NCBI RefSeq assembly: GCF_018977255.1
Contig: NW_024704742.1
Span: 92,134,001 to 92,198,000 of the forward strand
Source: Callorhinchus milii
Lineage: Eukaryota
Length of the DNA: 64,000 nucleotides
Direction of reading: 5' to 3'
Below the pieces are notes generated by a model. That model was not told the DNA's origin. It made no database searches and worked only from the letters and a program-made list of their open reading frames with translations. Each line of letters begins with the position of its first letter. Within the stretch, counting starts at the first letter, position 1. A program made the position numbers and the translations under genes. Of the stretch, positions 35,659-49,620 are shown piece by piece.

Positions 35659-35949
35659 CTCCACACGCCTTTGTTTACCTAGCAGTAAATAGGAACCCGG
35701 TTGTTAGTCGACTGGTGGATCACTTTCTAGGGGTAATATCCCTTCAAAAATAAATAAGTACACACATAAATAAATAATTTGGCCATTCAATCCACGACTG
35801 TTTGTGGGACATTGCTGTGTGCAATTGGCTGCCGTGTTTTGCCCACAAAATATATAATCAATTCACTTTACAGTATATTCTGTGAGGCGCTTTGAGGGAT
35901 CTCAGCAACATGATAAAGTACTATATCAAATGCAACGATTATTATTATT
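35659..35949 (+). mobile_element. 5'-truncated full-CORE subfamily SINE
   Basis: CTCCACACGCCTTTGTTTACCTAGCAGTAAATAGGAACCCGG + Deu 3' part + (ATT)n. Confidence 0.88.
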
Positions 35950-36814
35950 GATCATTTCAGGCTTCCCATTTGTGAAATCTACATGTTTCATTCACTGTTT
36001 CATTCATTTCATTAACTTTTTTATATTGACAATTTTTTTTCAAATAATTTATGTTCTTCCTCTACAATAATATGGTCTGCCATGTCTTGCTAGGCATGTC
36101 TCCTCCTGGATAACTCAGTGGTTTCAGTTTTCCCATCAAAGGTTTGCTCCGGGAGTATATTCACTGAATTGCTCTGTGAAGCCATTGTGTCCTTTGCTTT
36201 ACTTTGTGCTATTATAATTTCTAACTGAGGCTAACCAATATTTACCTGCACCTTTTCTTATTCAATTATCTTGGTGCAAAATGCTACACACATCTTTTCT
36301 ACTCTTGTTTTTTATGTGTAATACCTTGCATTTACACGCAAGTAACTTGTGCATACTCCATCAAGCACTCTTTGCAAAATCTTTGGTACCTTTTCTGATT
36401 TTATAGTTCCATCAATTTGGTGTCAACTGCATCTCACACTGTGTCCTTAATTATACAAGGAGCAGGAATGGTCCCAGTATAGACCCCAGGGGCATGGTGG
36501 TTAACACCTCTCCCCTTTTTGACCTGCTTCCTTCTCCGTGGCTAATTCTGAATCCATGTTTGTGTCTTCTTCAACCTCGGTTCCAACAAGCTTTGAAACC
36601 CTCAGGGTTTTGATGGCTTGCCTGACTACCTTTTTACTGTTATAATATCGAAAGAATTGTTTTGACATTATGCTTTGAATTTACTGCAATTTCCCTGTCC
36701 TCCCTTCATCTCCTTGTTCCACATAATAGTTTTTCTTTTACTTTCTGTACAGTGTTGTATCATGCAATCCAGTATCTAATGTATGTTGACAATCCCAAAG
36801 CCCAGTTGGAGTGC

Positions 36815-37100
36815 AAGTAACAATAGTATTCCTTTCATTTGATATAGCTTTTCATATCTGGAGGACGTCTCAAAGCACGTCACAGTAAAAACTGTAAAGT
36901 ATAGTGACTGGTATTTTGTAGGCAAACATGCAGCCAATTTACACACAATAATACACACACCTCAAACAGCCAAATTTCATCCAAAAGGATAGCACCTCAG
37001 ACAATGCAGCACACCCCCAGCACTGCATTGGAGTCTCAACCTAGAGTCCACAACATTTTGACTTAGAATCAAGAGTGCTACCAACTGAGCCAGGCTATAA
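36815..37100 (-). mobile_element. Internally deleted DeuSINE
   Basis: Tail, part of Deu domain, head GTGCTACCAACTGAGCCAGGCT. Confidence 0.75.
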
Positions 37101-37129
37101 CACTTGTGAGTATGTATACATGTCAATTC

Positions 37130-37280
37130 AAATTATCAAGACTAAGGCCAATAGATTTTGTGAGGTAAGGGTATCAAGGGATATGGAGCAAAGGGGAGGA
37201 AATGGAGTTGAGGCACAGTTCAGCCATGATCTAATAGAATGGCGGAGGGACCGGATGGTCTACTCCTGTTCCTATATTAC
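37130..37280 (+). mobile_element. CR1 3' end (family of 5269-7575)
   Basis: CAGCCATGATCTAATAGAATGGCGG..TACTCCTGTTCCTAT. Confidence 0.75.
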
Positions 37281-37682
37281 GATATGTGAGTTCACTAATT
37301 TCCTGGTAGCAACTCAATGCTTATTTATCCTTGCTGGTTCAGATCTTGCCAATAGGTTTATACTCAAAGGTACTACCAACTGAGCCAGGCTGACACAAAT
37401 AGCATGAGGCATTGGCAGGGTTGCAAAATATCAGGCTAAATGGGAGATGTCATGTAAAGTTGGCTCTTTGGCTGTTTTAGATCATTTAAGTTTGTGTTAA
37501 ACCCATATTGAAAATTGTTACATGACAAAAATCGAGAAAAATAAACACAACTAACAAAAGGTCAACTGCAAAATTGCCTGTAAGACAAATTAGGGTTCAA
37601 AATTTCCAAAGTATGAGTTTAATGTCAATTTAAGAGGCATAGTTTTTTTCAAAATATTAATTAATTAAATATTATTAACTCG

Positions 37683-37817
37683 CAACAGGGTTCCTATTTA
37701 CTGCTAAGTAAACAGAGGCGAGTGGAGTAAGGAAACTTGCCTAATGTTTCGCTCTGCCCAGGAATCCAAACAGGTCCTCTCGTTTGTGAGGCAAGTGCTC
37801 TAACCAATACACTATAG
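37683..37817 (-). mobile_element. 5' half of full-CORE subfamily SINE (anticodon CAC)
   Basis: Minus strand: GGTTAGAGCACTTGCCTCACAAACGAGAGGACC..GGCAAGTTTCCTTACTCCAC..TGTTTACTTAGCAGTAAATAGGAACC. Confidence 0.85.
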
Positions 37818-39350
37818 TTCTAATCTTACTCAGTAACCTGGAGCAAACATACTAAGTTTTTGCCAATACAAAAGGAGGGTGGAAGAGACAATCAGATCCA
37901 GGATTTATTCACAGAGAATGAAAAGTGGAGCAACACGTTAAACCATGAATCAATACCATTTTCAAATCCGTCTTGCAGCTGTTTCCTGCAAGCTGGGTCA
38001 TGATTTATGAATGGTCATCATTGACATGATTCACTGGAGCCATCAACAAACCAGATATGCCATCCTTTACCTGTTAAAAAATATAGGGCTTGATAAACGA
38101 AGAAGCAGTCTGAAGATATTGACTGTAATATTGACTGTACAGTCCAGTCAGCATATTTTCTAGCTGAATCAGTGCAATCAAATGATCTCATCCAACTTGA
38201 AGTATAAAGTAGTTCAGTAACTGTGATGTTTTTTGGAACAGTTCAGAAAAGAGAAAATTCTTCTTGTAGTTTTCCTCTTGTAAATTTCATAATTTGGCAC
38301 AGAATTTGATATTACAGCTTTCCAAGGGATTATCCTACAGGAAGAGCACTAAAATATGCAAGTTATTTTTGTTGTTGTTAATCATTGTTGCCAGTTATCT
38401 ATCGTCTTCTTTGGCTGTGCTGTGTTCCCACTGTCATTGACATGATGGGAGACATCTTAGATTAAAAATCCCTATTCTGGATTTCATGTGCAAACAAACA
38501 TTCAACATTTTTTGAAAAGATTACATATAAATTCAAGTTGAAGTGAAACATTACAAATTGAATCCAAACGGGGCACAATGTATGCTGATTCCCAAAGCCT
38601 TTCAGACATCCTCCAAAAATGAAAGGTGCTGTATCAAATACAAAGAGTTTTATTTTATGATTCTGAGTAATGGGAGACATTACTTTAGAATTTAACTGTG
38701 AATGTCAGATTTCAATCAGTGTGGAAGGAAATCTCTTAGCAAATAGTGTAAGTTTCTCCCGAGTTTAGTCTGTGTATTGGACTGTGTTGACAGCCTGACC
38801 ACAAGCAAAAGAAACCCAAAGTAATTAGAGGAATCCATAGTGGCCTTGTTTCATTGTCTTTGCAGGGATCATTCCTAGCAGCTACATAACTAACATTGAC
38901 AGAGAGTGCATGACATTGCACTACATCTGCACTGACGTTACACAGATATAAAAGTCCATGTGGCTGCATGCGTGGGATATCAGATAATTAATTGCGTTGC
39001 TTGCACAGAGATCTGTATGTACACAGAAGAGCCTTGATCGAACCAGACTGCTATTTAAATAAAAGTAGCACAAACCATGAGAAGGTCCAGGAGCAAAGTT
39101 GTCAGTCAGTCATCCATCAGTCAGTCAGCCAACTCTTGGGGCTCCATTTCTGTTGTTTAGCCAGGGGCTGATGAGGTTAACGGTTCCACAAAACATCTGT
39201 GCATGCACAACACATGTGTGATCATGTCTGTAAAATTGTGATGCCATTGCATACATAACACAGAGCTATTGTTGATTTTGTACATGGATGGACTCAAACC
39301 TGATATTTTGTTTTCAAAATAAAGAGGACGTTAGAGTCAGAGCAATGCTC

Positions 39351-42300
39351 AACAACAACAACAACAACAACAAAATTACATTTATAGAGCACCTTTCACA
39401 TCAGGAGGATCTCCCAATGTGCTGAACAGTCAGGGGTCAGGACCCGAGTATGGGGGAGGGGTGAGGTAGGGGTGAGAGAATGCAGAGAGGTGAGAGGGCG
39501 ACTGAAGGTACGATCGAAGAGGAGGGTCTTGAGACCGGCCTTGAAGGAGGCAAGGGAGGAAGTGAGGCAAAGGGACTGTGGGATGGAGTTCCAGAGTGTG
39601 GGGGCAGAGAGGCTGAAAGCCCGGCCACCGATGGTAGGGTAAGTCGGGCGGAAGGCATGGAGCAGACCGGAGCCTCGCTGAATGGAGGGAGCGGGCAGGT
39701 TGTTAGGGAGTCAGAAGATCATAGAGATAGGAGGGGGAAAGACCATGGATGGCCTTGAAAGTGAGGACCAGGATCTTCAATTCGATCCTCTGAGGGATGG
39801 GAAGCCAGTGGAGTCGGGCGAAAGTGGGAGTGATGGGGTCATGGAGCCTGGTACGCGAGAGAACACAAGCTGCAGAGTTTTGAATGATCTGCAGCTTGTG
39901 AAGGGAAGAGTTGGGAAGGCCGATGAGAAGGGAATTTCAATAATTGAGCCTTGATGTGACAAATGCGTGGGCGAGGGTTTCGGCAGCCTGAAGGGTGAGG
40001 CAATGGCGGAGTCTGGCAATGTTGCGGAAGTGGTGGTAGGCAGTGCCGGTCATGACGCGGATGTGGGGGAGAAAGGACAGTTCAGGGCAAACAAAATACC
40101 CAGGTTCCTAACTGGCTTAGTGGAAGCTGATGCTGCCAGCGCCAAGATGCGGAGGTGCTGGCGCAAGCCAATCAGGAGGGCCTCGGCCTTGCTGACGTTC
40201 AGTTGGAGAATGTTGTCCCTCATCCAGGAGTTGATGTCAGACAGGCAGTCGGTCAGGACGCCAGTAGTCCTGGAGTTGAGGGTGGAGGCAGAGAGATAGA
40301 TTTGGGTGTCATCCGCATACATGTGGAAATTTACACCATGTCTGCAGATGATGTTACCAACGGGGAGCATGTAGAGGGTAAAACGGAGGGGACCGAGGAC
40401 AGTGCCCTGAGGAACACCGCACGAGATGGTGCATGGGCTGGAGGAGAAGTCGTTTGTAGAGACAAAGTGGAGGTGGTGTAAAATGGTCCACAGTGTCAAA
40501 GGCGGCAGAGAGGTCGAGGAGGACGAGGAGGCAGAGGGAGCCCTGGTCACACGTGGTCAGTATATCATTTGTGACCTTGACCAGAGCAGTTTCTGTACCG
40601 TAGGCAGCACGGAAACCCGGTTGGGGGGCCTCATGGAGGGAGAGGGAGGAGAGGAAAGAGCGAATGCTGGGAGGCGACGGCTTTCTCAAAGACCATAGAC
40701 AGAAAAGGGAGGGTGGAGATGGGCCGGTAGCTGGATAGCTGTGATGGGTCAAGGTAAGATTTCTTCAAGGTTGGGGTGATAGTGGCTGTTTTGAGGGGGG
40801 AAGGAACATTGCCAGATGACAGGGAGAGGTTGATGATGTCGGCAAGTAGTGGGGCAAGGAGGTGGAGCTGAGATTTAAGGAGAGGTGTGGGGATAGGGTC
40901 CAGGGAGCAGGTGGTGGGCTTCATGGAGGATATGGTGGTGAAAATAGAGGAGGGGGAGGAGAACAGGAACCTGGGGTTGCCCTGTGCCTCCAGGATTAAC
41001 CTGGTATAGAAGGACGATTTGGCTGAGGCGAGGGCTGAGCGCTAGATTTTGATAACGTCCAGCCAGATGTGCCGTTGGACTGTTAGGTCGGATTTTAAGC
41101 CAAGTGCGTTCAGCAGCCCGCACCTGGCCCTTCAGCGAGCGGAGGTGGCTGATGAATCAGGTTGAGGATCGGGAATAGGAGGCAGTTCAGGAGGTGAGGA
41201 GGGCAAGGGCATCGAGTTTGCTGGAGAGGGTGCTACGGAGGAGAGTAATCGCAGAGGATGGGTTGCTGCGGGAGGTGGGCCAGAGTGGAAGGAGTTCAGA
41301 GGACTCCAGGGCAGCGGAGAGGGATTGCGGGGAGATCTTCTTCCACGGGCGGTAGAAGATGGTGGTAGGTTTGGTGGCAGTGGGGAGAGGGATATAGGAG
41401 TTGAGGGAGATGAAGTGGTGGTCAGAGATGGCCTTGTCAGTGATGGTGACATCCGAGATGCTGAGGCCCCGGGTGATCACCAGGTCAAGCCGGTGGCCAT
41501 GAACATGGGTAGCAGAGTGGATATGGAGGGAGAGGTTGGGAGAGGAGAGAAGAAAGAAGAAGTCTGAGGAGGTGGAGCAAGAGGGGTGAAATGGAGGTTA
41601 AAGTTGCTTAGGATGATGAGGTGGTCAGAGCAGAGGCAGAGGGAAGCTAGAAGGGTGGAGGTGTCAGAGATGAAGGTGGAGGAGAATTTTGGGGGTCGGT
41701 AAATTCTGAGAATTTTTTTAGTGAGAGATGGAAGGGATGGCAGAGGGTAAGGTGTTCAAAAGAGGGGAATGAGCCTACAGAGTAGGTGAATAGGGCAAGT
41801 GAAGCCCTGGAGATGAGGGCCACACCACCACCAGCACGGTTGGAGCGTGGGGCATGGTGGTAGGTGTAGCCGGGTGGTGTGGCCTCAGTGAGAGGGAAGG
41901 TGTCACCTGGGGTGATCCCGTTTCCGTGAGAGCCATAATATCAACGTTCGCATTGAGGATGAGATCATTGATGGTCATTGATGTTTTGAAGGCCAATGCA
42001 GAGTGGACAGCTGGCAGGGGGATGTGTGGGATGGGAGGGGGTAGTGGATTGGTTGGCAGGGAGGGTGGTGATGTGGATGAGGGAGGAGAGGTTAGCCCCC
42101 GGGGTCTGGGTCCGGGTTGGCTTGCGGCAGTAATGGGGAATGGGGCAGTTGGTTTGGCTGCTGCTGGACAGCCAACGCTGAGTGCCACGATGAGCCCGGC
42201 GGAGGATTCCCAGGCTGGAGCAGAGCGAGGCAGTGGGGGGAGTCAAGCAGAGATAGGAGGCGGGGAGGGCGGAGAGAGAGCAGGACAGAGCGGGAGAGTT

Positions 42301-42540
42301 GCAGGGAGGAGGGCATTTTGAGGGAGGGCCAGCGTGGGTCAGGGGTGGCAGCCAAGATGCGCACGCTAAGACGAGAGGCGGCAGATTAGTGGGACATTGT
42401 AAGCCTGCAGGAGGCTGTGGGGGCTCGAGGTGGCGCAGAGGTGGGGAGGCGCTCATTGTGGTTAGCAATGAGCAGCCTGCAGGGGAAGGACAGGGGAGGG
42501 AGACACACAGAGGATGGGAGGGAGACACACTGGTATAAAC
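39351..42540 (-). mobile_element. Near full-length, deleted and frameshifted L2 LINE (APE + RT)
   Basis: DIMALTET, ISDHHFI (APE); [58 protein letters not shown] (RT); (GTT)n tail at 39351. Confidence 0.95.
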
Positions 42541-43959
42541 AAGTGGCAAGTAAAGAGTTAACATTTACATATACAGTGTCTTAAATGTTTAAAACTCACC
42601 AATTGGATGTTGATGCCTTCCTGTCACTTAAACAGGTTGTGGTGTGCTGTGCTGAATGTTACTTGCCAGAATAACAACAGAGTTGAGGTGAGACTGAGAA
42701 CAAATAACATACTGGACAGGATAATTACGTTGAAAATAGTCACCAACCTTTCATGATTTGGAGGAAGCTATCACACAGTTTGCTATTTGTAGATGTATAG
42801 TGAGATGTAAACTGCCAGTGTTTACACTCATTCTGTTTTGATCCCTGCACCAAACATTTAATTCAACAAGATCAGCATAGCTTAGTGGATACCGTAAACA
42901 ACGGAATTTTTTTTGTATTGGGAGAAAAGGGAAAAATTGTAACAGAAGATTTTGTGGGTTTTTTTGATTTCTGTTGTACTAAATATTATATTTATAAATA
43001 AATATATATTTTCCAAAAATAATGATACTGAAACAGTATAATTGGCAGAGGAAAAGAAACATGGGTTTGTTAATACATTTAAATGACCCAATGATTTATG
43101 ATATTTTAAAAATTGACATTAGCCAGAAACCCACAGGATTCATTGCTTTGCTGGGTACTCCTGTATTAAGAAGGTATTTTATGCCAGGCTTCAAATTGGT
43201 GGATTCACAACTCATGCCGTGTTGTGCTGATTATTATCTTAAAATAATAAATGACTATACCTGGATTTGATACAGCACCTACTTATCACAATCAAAACCT
43301 TATCTAGAAGTGTAAATGGTTCTTATGCAAGCAAGCAGAGCACTGATATCCCACAACAAATCAGCATTCCCTCCCTAGATTATGAGCTCAAGTTGTCATG
43401 GTGTGGAGTTTGAAAGCCTAAATTATTGACCAGAGAATTGTCAATTTAGCAAAATAACATCTTGTAGAGAACTGGTAATCTGATCAAGTTTCTGCAATAT
43501 TGTAAAAACTCTGGCCTGGACTTAGCTATCCCCATTCAGTTCACTGCTCCACAGAAAAAAAGAGGCAAGATACCTTTGCAATATATCTATCAAATAGGTT
43601 GCAATGTTCCATCATTTGGTGAATGCTTTGTAGAATACTAATGTTTCTTATTACGCAAGTAAGCCTGAGCTTTCAAAAGGAATATCACTCTTCTAACAAT
43701 CTCTCCCGTTATCTTGCACACTTGTTTTGGCTTTGTCATGTGAATGTTAGTTAAATGTCTGCAGCTGAAGTACTTTCGTCAAGTGGGAGGAGATGGACAA
43801 AATCATGATTAATTTCATTTGGCAGAAGTTATTGACAGTCTCAGCCACTGACATCAGTAGATTAGTCTCTTATCTAGCAGCCAGGCATCAGGAATTTCTT
43901 TCATAAACCTATTGGCAAGTCCTAAATCAAGAAAGATAAATGAGCCAGGAGTTGTAATG

Positions 43960-44060
43960 AGGGAAATGAATGAATTCTCAGAAGTATTTAGAGGGTAATT
44001 GAGGACTACAACACATCGCCAGGAAGGATGGTTGAGACCAATTTAAATGGACTCATTTAA

Positions 44061-44091
<31 letters not shown>

Positions 44092-44505
44092 CCTTGCATT
44101 TGATATAGCGCTTTTCATGTCAGGATGACATCCCAAAGCGCTTCACAGAACACACTGTAAAGTGAATTGACTGTATATTTGTGGGCGAACGCGGCAGCCA
44201 ATTGCGCACAGCAATGTCCCACAAACAGTCGTAGATTGAAAATGACCAATTTATTATTGTTTTTGGTTTTGGAGGGATTATTATTAGGCGTGTGGAGTAA
44301 GGAAACTTGCCCAAGGTTTCGCCCTGCCTGGAATTGAACTCAGGTCTCTCGCTTGCAAAGCGAGTGCTCTAACCACTGAGCTACAGGACTCCACAAGAAG
44401 TAGCTTTGATGTTGTGTTGGAAGGATGGTGGGGTGAGTATTCTGGAGGGATGAGATCAGGTGGGCCAAAGGGTCTTCTAAATCAAAACTAATCTTGTGAA
44501 CTTGT
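43960..44505 (+). mobile_element. CR1 3' end split by SINE insertion
   Basis: CTCATTTAAGAA | AAGAAGTAGCTTTGATG..GATGAGATCAGGTGGGCCAAAGGG. Confidence 0.7.
44064..44394 (-). mobile_element. tRNA-Ala(TGC)-like SINE, young copy with AAGAA target-site duplication
   Basis: Full length; AAGAA at 44059-44063 and 44395-44399. Confidence 0.95.
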
Positions 44506-45739
44506 AATTCCTTACCACACAAGTGTTCATTAAGTTTCCCTTTAAATATCCCAATTGATTCTGCACCTGCAGCCATCTGGTTCCTGGATTCTAAATGGTC
44601 GCAACCTTTTTACGTGGAGAAATGGTATCTGATCTCACCTCTAACCTCATATATTATGTGGGGATTCTTAGAAAGAAAAAATGACTTGAGGAAAGATTTT
44701 GGCCACTGCTAATTGGTGGTTGTGATCACTCTAATGGGGATCTGAGAGCTGTCAACGGATAGAAATTACCTTTCCTGGCACCAGCAGCATCTAACATACA
44801 TGATCCACACAGTCCAAATCTTTACATGGATCACTCAGCACTTATTTATCGTCTAAATAAAGTTCTTGTCAAACTATGAAAGTGATGAAAATCCTTTTTT
44901 CGACGCAAACACAAAATAATTAAGAAATGTCAGCCATTTATACTAAATGCCTTGATTTATTTCCTATATTTTATTCTATAATGTAAAATGTGTGTGAAGT
45001 AATATGGGATAAGAAGACATACATCATACGCTAAATTTCTGAATAATATACTATCCATAAAAAAAACACACAACAAAACATTTGACTACAATGTGGAACA
45101 AAATGCATGGGTCAACCAGTACATACAGCAGTACGGAATTGACTTCGTAGAATCTGCTACAGCAGGAACTTGGCCGAGCATAAAGTTCATGAGCAACTTA
45201 TTTCTGGTTGTTCCAGGAACTGAGCCTGACTGAAAACCCTGCGATGCGGTGAAAAAAAACCTGTAATTTTTAACCAAACCTTGGTTCTCAGTACATCTCA
45301 TCCAGGAGTCAGGGTAGTTGAGCAAAAGGTTAGGGTGGCAGATGTATTTAAAAGGTTATTAACTGGTCAAGTGAATATGGTTTTGGAATGCCTCCTGTTG
45401 GTTCCTAATAGCTGGAAGTAACGCCAACTGTAGCTTAGCTGTGCTGTTTCCTATATTTAGTAATGCTTTGCAATGAATCTTACCACTGTGAGTCACTACT
45501 GAATTCACATGTGAGGAAATCGCTAACATTACAAAAGCTAATCACCCCTTAAAGAGGCCCCTCAGTTTCCCAGTCTTTTCTAGCAGTAAGCAGACCTACT
45601 GCCAATTGAACCATGGAATAGCATTAACATTAGAAAGTTTCAAAGAATCTCATTCAGCTGTCCTGCCAATTGAAGGAAGGAGCTGAGCAAATAAAATGGA
45701 ATTGAAGACGAACAATAGATGAAACAGATTAAGTAAGAA

Positions 45740-46142
45740 CTAGCATTTTTATAGCTCCTTATCATGTCAAAACACCTCAAAGACCTCACAGGTAATTAAT
45801 GACATGTGAAGTGACTTTCTTTAAGACAAACAGGGCAGGTATTTTGCACGCAACAATGTCCCACTAACAACCATGGGATGGATGAACTAATTAATCTGAA
45901 GAATTATTGGACAGGACACTGGGAGAAACTCTCTTTTCTTTTCAAAGTGGGATTTTTAACATCCACCAGACTCAACCTCAGTTTAAGGTTTTATATGAAA
46001 GATGAGACCTCTGAAAATGCAGCGCTCCTCAAGTTCTACAATGGAATGACAGCCTGGACAATGAATTCAAATGCCAATGTCGGATTTGAACCTATAACCT
46101 CTGATTTACGGGCAAGAGTGCCACCAACTGAGTCAAACTGGC
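45740..46142 (-). mobile_element. Old DeuSINE
   Basis: Tail, Deu and head motifs in order. Confidence 0.75.
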
Positions 46143-46206
46143 ACCACCCACCAGAATGTTTAACTATAATATGGAACAAGATACACCTTTACACAATGGC
46201 ATAGAT

Positions 46207-46498
46207 TGTGGAGATCTGTAGCTCAGCGGTTAGAGCACTCGCTTTGCAAGTGAGAGACCTGGGTTCGATTCCCAGCAGGGTGAAACCATGTGCAAGTTTC
46301 CTTACTCCACACGCCTGATAATAATGCCTCAAGAAAAAAAACAATAATAAATTGACCACTTCAATCCACGACTGTTTGTGGGACGTTTCGCCCACAAATA
46401 TATAGTCAATTCACTTTACAGTATATTCTGTGAAGTACTTTGAGACGTCTAGAAGATGTGTAAAGCACTATATCAAATGCAAGGATTATTATTATTAT
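46207..46498 (+). mobile_element. tRNA-Ala(TGC)-like SINE with internal deletion
   Basis: Head intact; lacks ATTGCTGTGCGCAATTGGCTGCC. Confidence 0.9.
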
Positions 46499-47629
46499 AG
46501 AATTCAGTACCTAAGTAAATAACCACAATCCAGTATATATCTTCCACAAGCATACTGCTGACACATCTCCTGGGGATATGCTGTCTATTATAAAACTGAA
46601 CATAAAATAAAAAGAATCCCATTCTTTTAGTCAAATCAAGCTGAAATTGCAAATTGCCTTCCGCATATTGCATGCGCCACATGAACATACTCTATTTGCA
46701 ATATCTTTAATTTGTAAACCCCAACATTTAGACACAATTGCATTTCACTATAGACCAAATATTAGGCTTACTCTCCTTGGGATGTCCTCCCGACGTGAAA
46801 GGCGCTCTATACATGTAACTTTGTTGTTGTCTTTTAAGCACAGAAGTTGTCACTACAGGACATGAGAAATCATGGAATAAGAAAAGCAATTAAGTCTGCT
46901 GTTTTCAAAGGTGACATGCAATGTTCCCAATTTATTTATTCCCTTAGGGAAAGTTCTACAAAATTTCTCCTGGACTCCAAACCGCGAAATTCCAGTTATC
47001 TACCTAAGTCTCTGCTTTATTGTTTTGCAAGGCATCTTACCACAATGGTTTTTTTAGCACATTACAACAGAAAGAATTAGTGAGTTGAATGGAACGAAGG
47101 AACACCTGCAGACTAAATAAGGATAGTTGTGCACTTTGTGGTCCAGAAACACAAACAAAACAAATCAGTTAGATAATATGTAAGTCTTTCATTGTTGGCA
47201 GTTTTGTTATTGCAATTGATTTTAATGGAATAGATTGTGGTACAACATACTTAATCCTGATTACTATTTAGCTATCAACAATAGAAACTACTTCTCAGTT
47301 TCAAAAGATCAGTAGCAAAACCAAAACCCAAATACCTGTACCAATATGTATCTGGTTGTTAGTGCACGTTACCTCCTTTATTATAGCATTTGTTCCATTA
47401 GGATGATTAGGTCAATTAGATTGTGGGTTGTCTTTGATGAACTAGAAGATTATTTTGAATCCAGAAAACATTAAACTAAAGCTGCTTATAATACTCCAAT
47501 AAAGCATCAACCCTGCCGTTGAAATTCACTGAGGGGGACTGCAGTTGACGTAAAGTGCTCTGAGATGCCACCCTGCCTGGAGGGCACTATATAAGTGCAA
47601 GTTGTTGTTGTAAAGTAATAGCGTAATAT

Positions 47630-48497
47630 CATAATAATCCTTGCATTTGATATAACACCTTATCACATCATTGAAACATCACAAACTGCTTCAAGGAGTT
47701 AATGTACATTTAGGGTTTAATATAATGTAATGATTTTTCTGTAGGAAACAGAAAACCAGGAGAAACATCTTTCTCTTTTGAATGGTGCCATGGGACCTTT
47801 ATACATGCTCATACATGCTTTCATTACATCGAGGCTTGACTATGCAAACTCATTGCTTGTCAGCCTCCCCAACTCCACCCTCCATAGACTGCAGATCATC
47901 TAGAACTCTGCAGCCCGTGTCCTCTCCCGCACCTATCAGCCCCATCCTCGCCCGACTCCACTGACTTCCCATCACACAGAGGATACAGTTCAAGATTCTG
48001 GACCTCACATTCAAAGCCCTCCGTGGTCTTACTCCCCCCTACCTCTGCGACCTCCTAACCCCTACCATCCTACTCACTCCTTCCATTCAGCGAGCTCTGG
48101 CCCTCTTCACATCCCCCACCTCGCTCGCCTTACTATTGGCGGCGAGCCTTCTGCCAGTCTGCCCTCACCACCTGGAACTCTATACCGCAGTCTCTCTGCC
48201 TCGTCCCCTCCCTTGCCTCCTTCAAGACCCATCTCAAGACTCTCGTCTTCAACTGTGCTATCCATCTCCCTGCTTCCCCCCCTGCCCCTACCCCCCACCC
48301 TCTCCCACCCCAACCCCCAGCTCAGGTCCAAAATTCTGTCCAGCGCCTTGGGACGTCCTCCCAATGTGAAAGGCACTATACAAATGTAATTTTGTTGTTG
48401 TTGTTGTAACATCCACCTGAACAGATAGAGGGACCGTGGCTTAATATCTCATCTGAAGGATGACATCTCTGACAGTGCAGCACACCCTCAGCACTAT
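47630..48497 (-). mobile_element. DeuSINE split by L2 insertion
   Basis: GGTGCCATGGGACCTTTA | ACATCCACCTGAACAG is contiguous in intact copies (e.g. 24122-24156). Confidence 0.75.
47805..48407 (+). mobile_element. 5'-truncated L2 LINE
   Basis: HAF.TSRLDYAN, ISPILARLH.LP..QRIQFKIL; (GTT)n tail. Confidence 0.92.
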
Positions 48498-49129
48498 AAT
48501 AATAACCATAATAATAATTTTTGCATTTATTATAGTGCCTTATCAGGTCGTTGAGATATCTCAAAGTGCTTCACAGGATATCACATTGAACGCTCTACGT
48601 GTTGTGGGTGCATTGTCGTGTCAGTCTAGAGCTAGACTATGAACATAAAGTCCTGATGAGAAGCTTGAACCCACAACCTTCTGACTCAGAAGCTATCAAG
48701 TTAGCTAGGCTGACACCTGCAAACATGGTATTAGTCAAGGATGTTTGGCCCAACAAGTCACCTAATAAATCATGTGGAGCATTCACTCCCACTAACTCAT
48801 CTCATTTTCTTAGTCTCTGGACAGAGGTAAATAATAAATTTCCATCTGACCCCTAAGGTGCATTAGAGTGATATCCTGGAAGGTTCAGTGTACATTTATA
48901 GTCCAGAGGCATTAACCCTGACCACTTCCATAGCATAGATAACATTCTCCTGAGCCCAACAAGAGTGACACTACAGTGCTGAATCCTTTCTATAACAAGA
49001 CGTTTGTCCTGTTTTTCTTTTTTAAAAAATATTACATTGGATAGTCAGCTAATCACCAAATTGTGTGAGTTTCTCTAGTCTTATACTCGAATCCCGTGAA
49101 ACTAAATAACCATGCCTCTTGGTGTTTTA

Positions 49130-49520
49130 TAATAATAATCCTAGAAACTGATATAATACCTTTCACAGCAGGAGAGCATTTCAAAGCACATCACAGGATT
49201 TACTGTAAAGTGTATGTACTGTGTATTTGTAGGTAAACACAGAAGCCAATTTGCCAATAGCCAAGTGTCACAAACAGCCATGAAGTGAATGACCAATTTT
49301 TAACTGGGGGATTGTTGCCTGGGAGGAACTCCCTTCACTTTTCAAATGCTTTAGGATCTTTAAAATCCACCTGAACAGGCAGAAGAGACTTTGATTCAAT
49401 ATCTCAACTGGAGGAGAGTACTTTGACAATGCAATGCTCCCTCACCATCGAACTGGAGCATCAGCTTAAAGTCCTGACATGGGGCTTGAATTCACCACCT
49501 TTTGATTCAGAGGCAAAGGT
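49130..49520 (-). mobile_element. Old DeuSINE
   Basis: Tail, Deu domain, head remnant. Confidence 0.8.
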
Positions 49521-49620
49521 GCACACTGTCACAGCAATGTCATGAAGTGAATGACCGATTTTATCTTGGGGATCTTTTGGCCAGGTTACCAGGATCTTGA
49601 AGACATGTACTTGAATAGGC

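Noticed and set aside
39437..42564. Many long GC-rich ORFs on both strands (also 58427-60595)
   Set aside because: Alternative or antisense frames of L2 sequence.
45130..45240. Minus-strand peptide GSVPGTTRN resembling a GTPase G2 motif
   Set aside because: No G1 or G3 motifs in context and no partner exons; likely chance.
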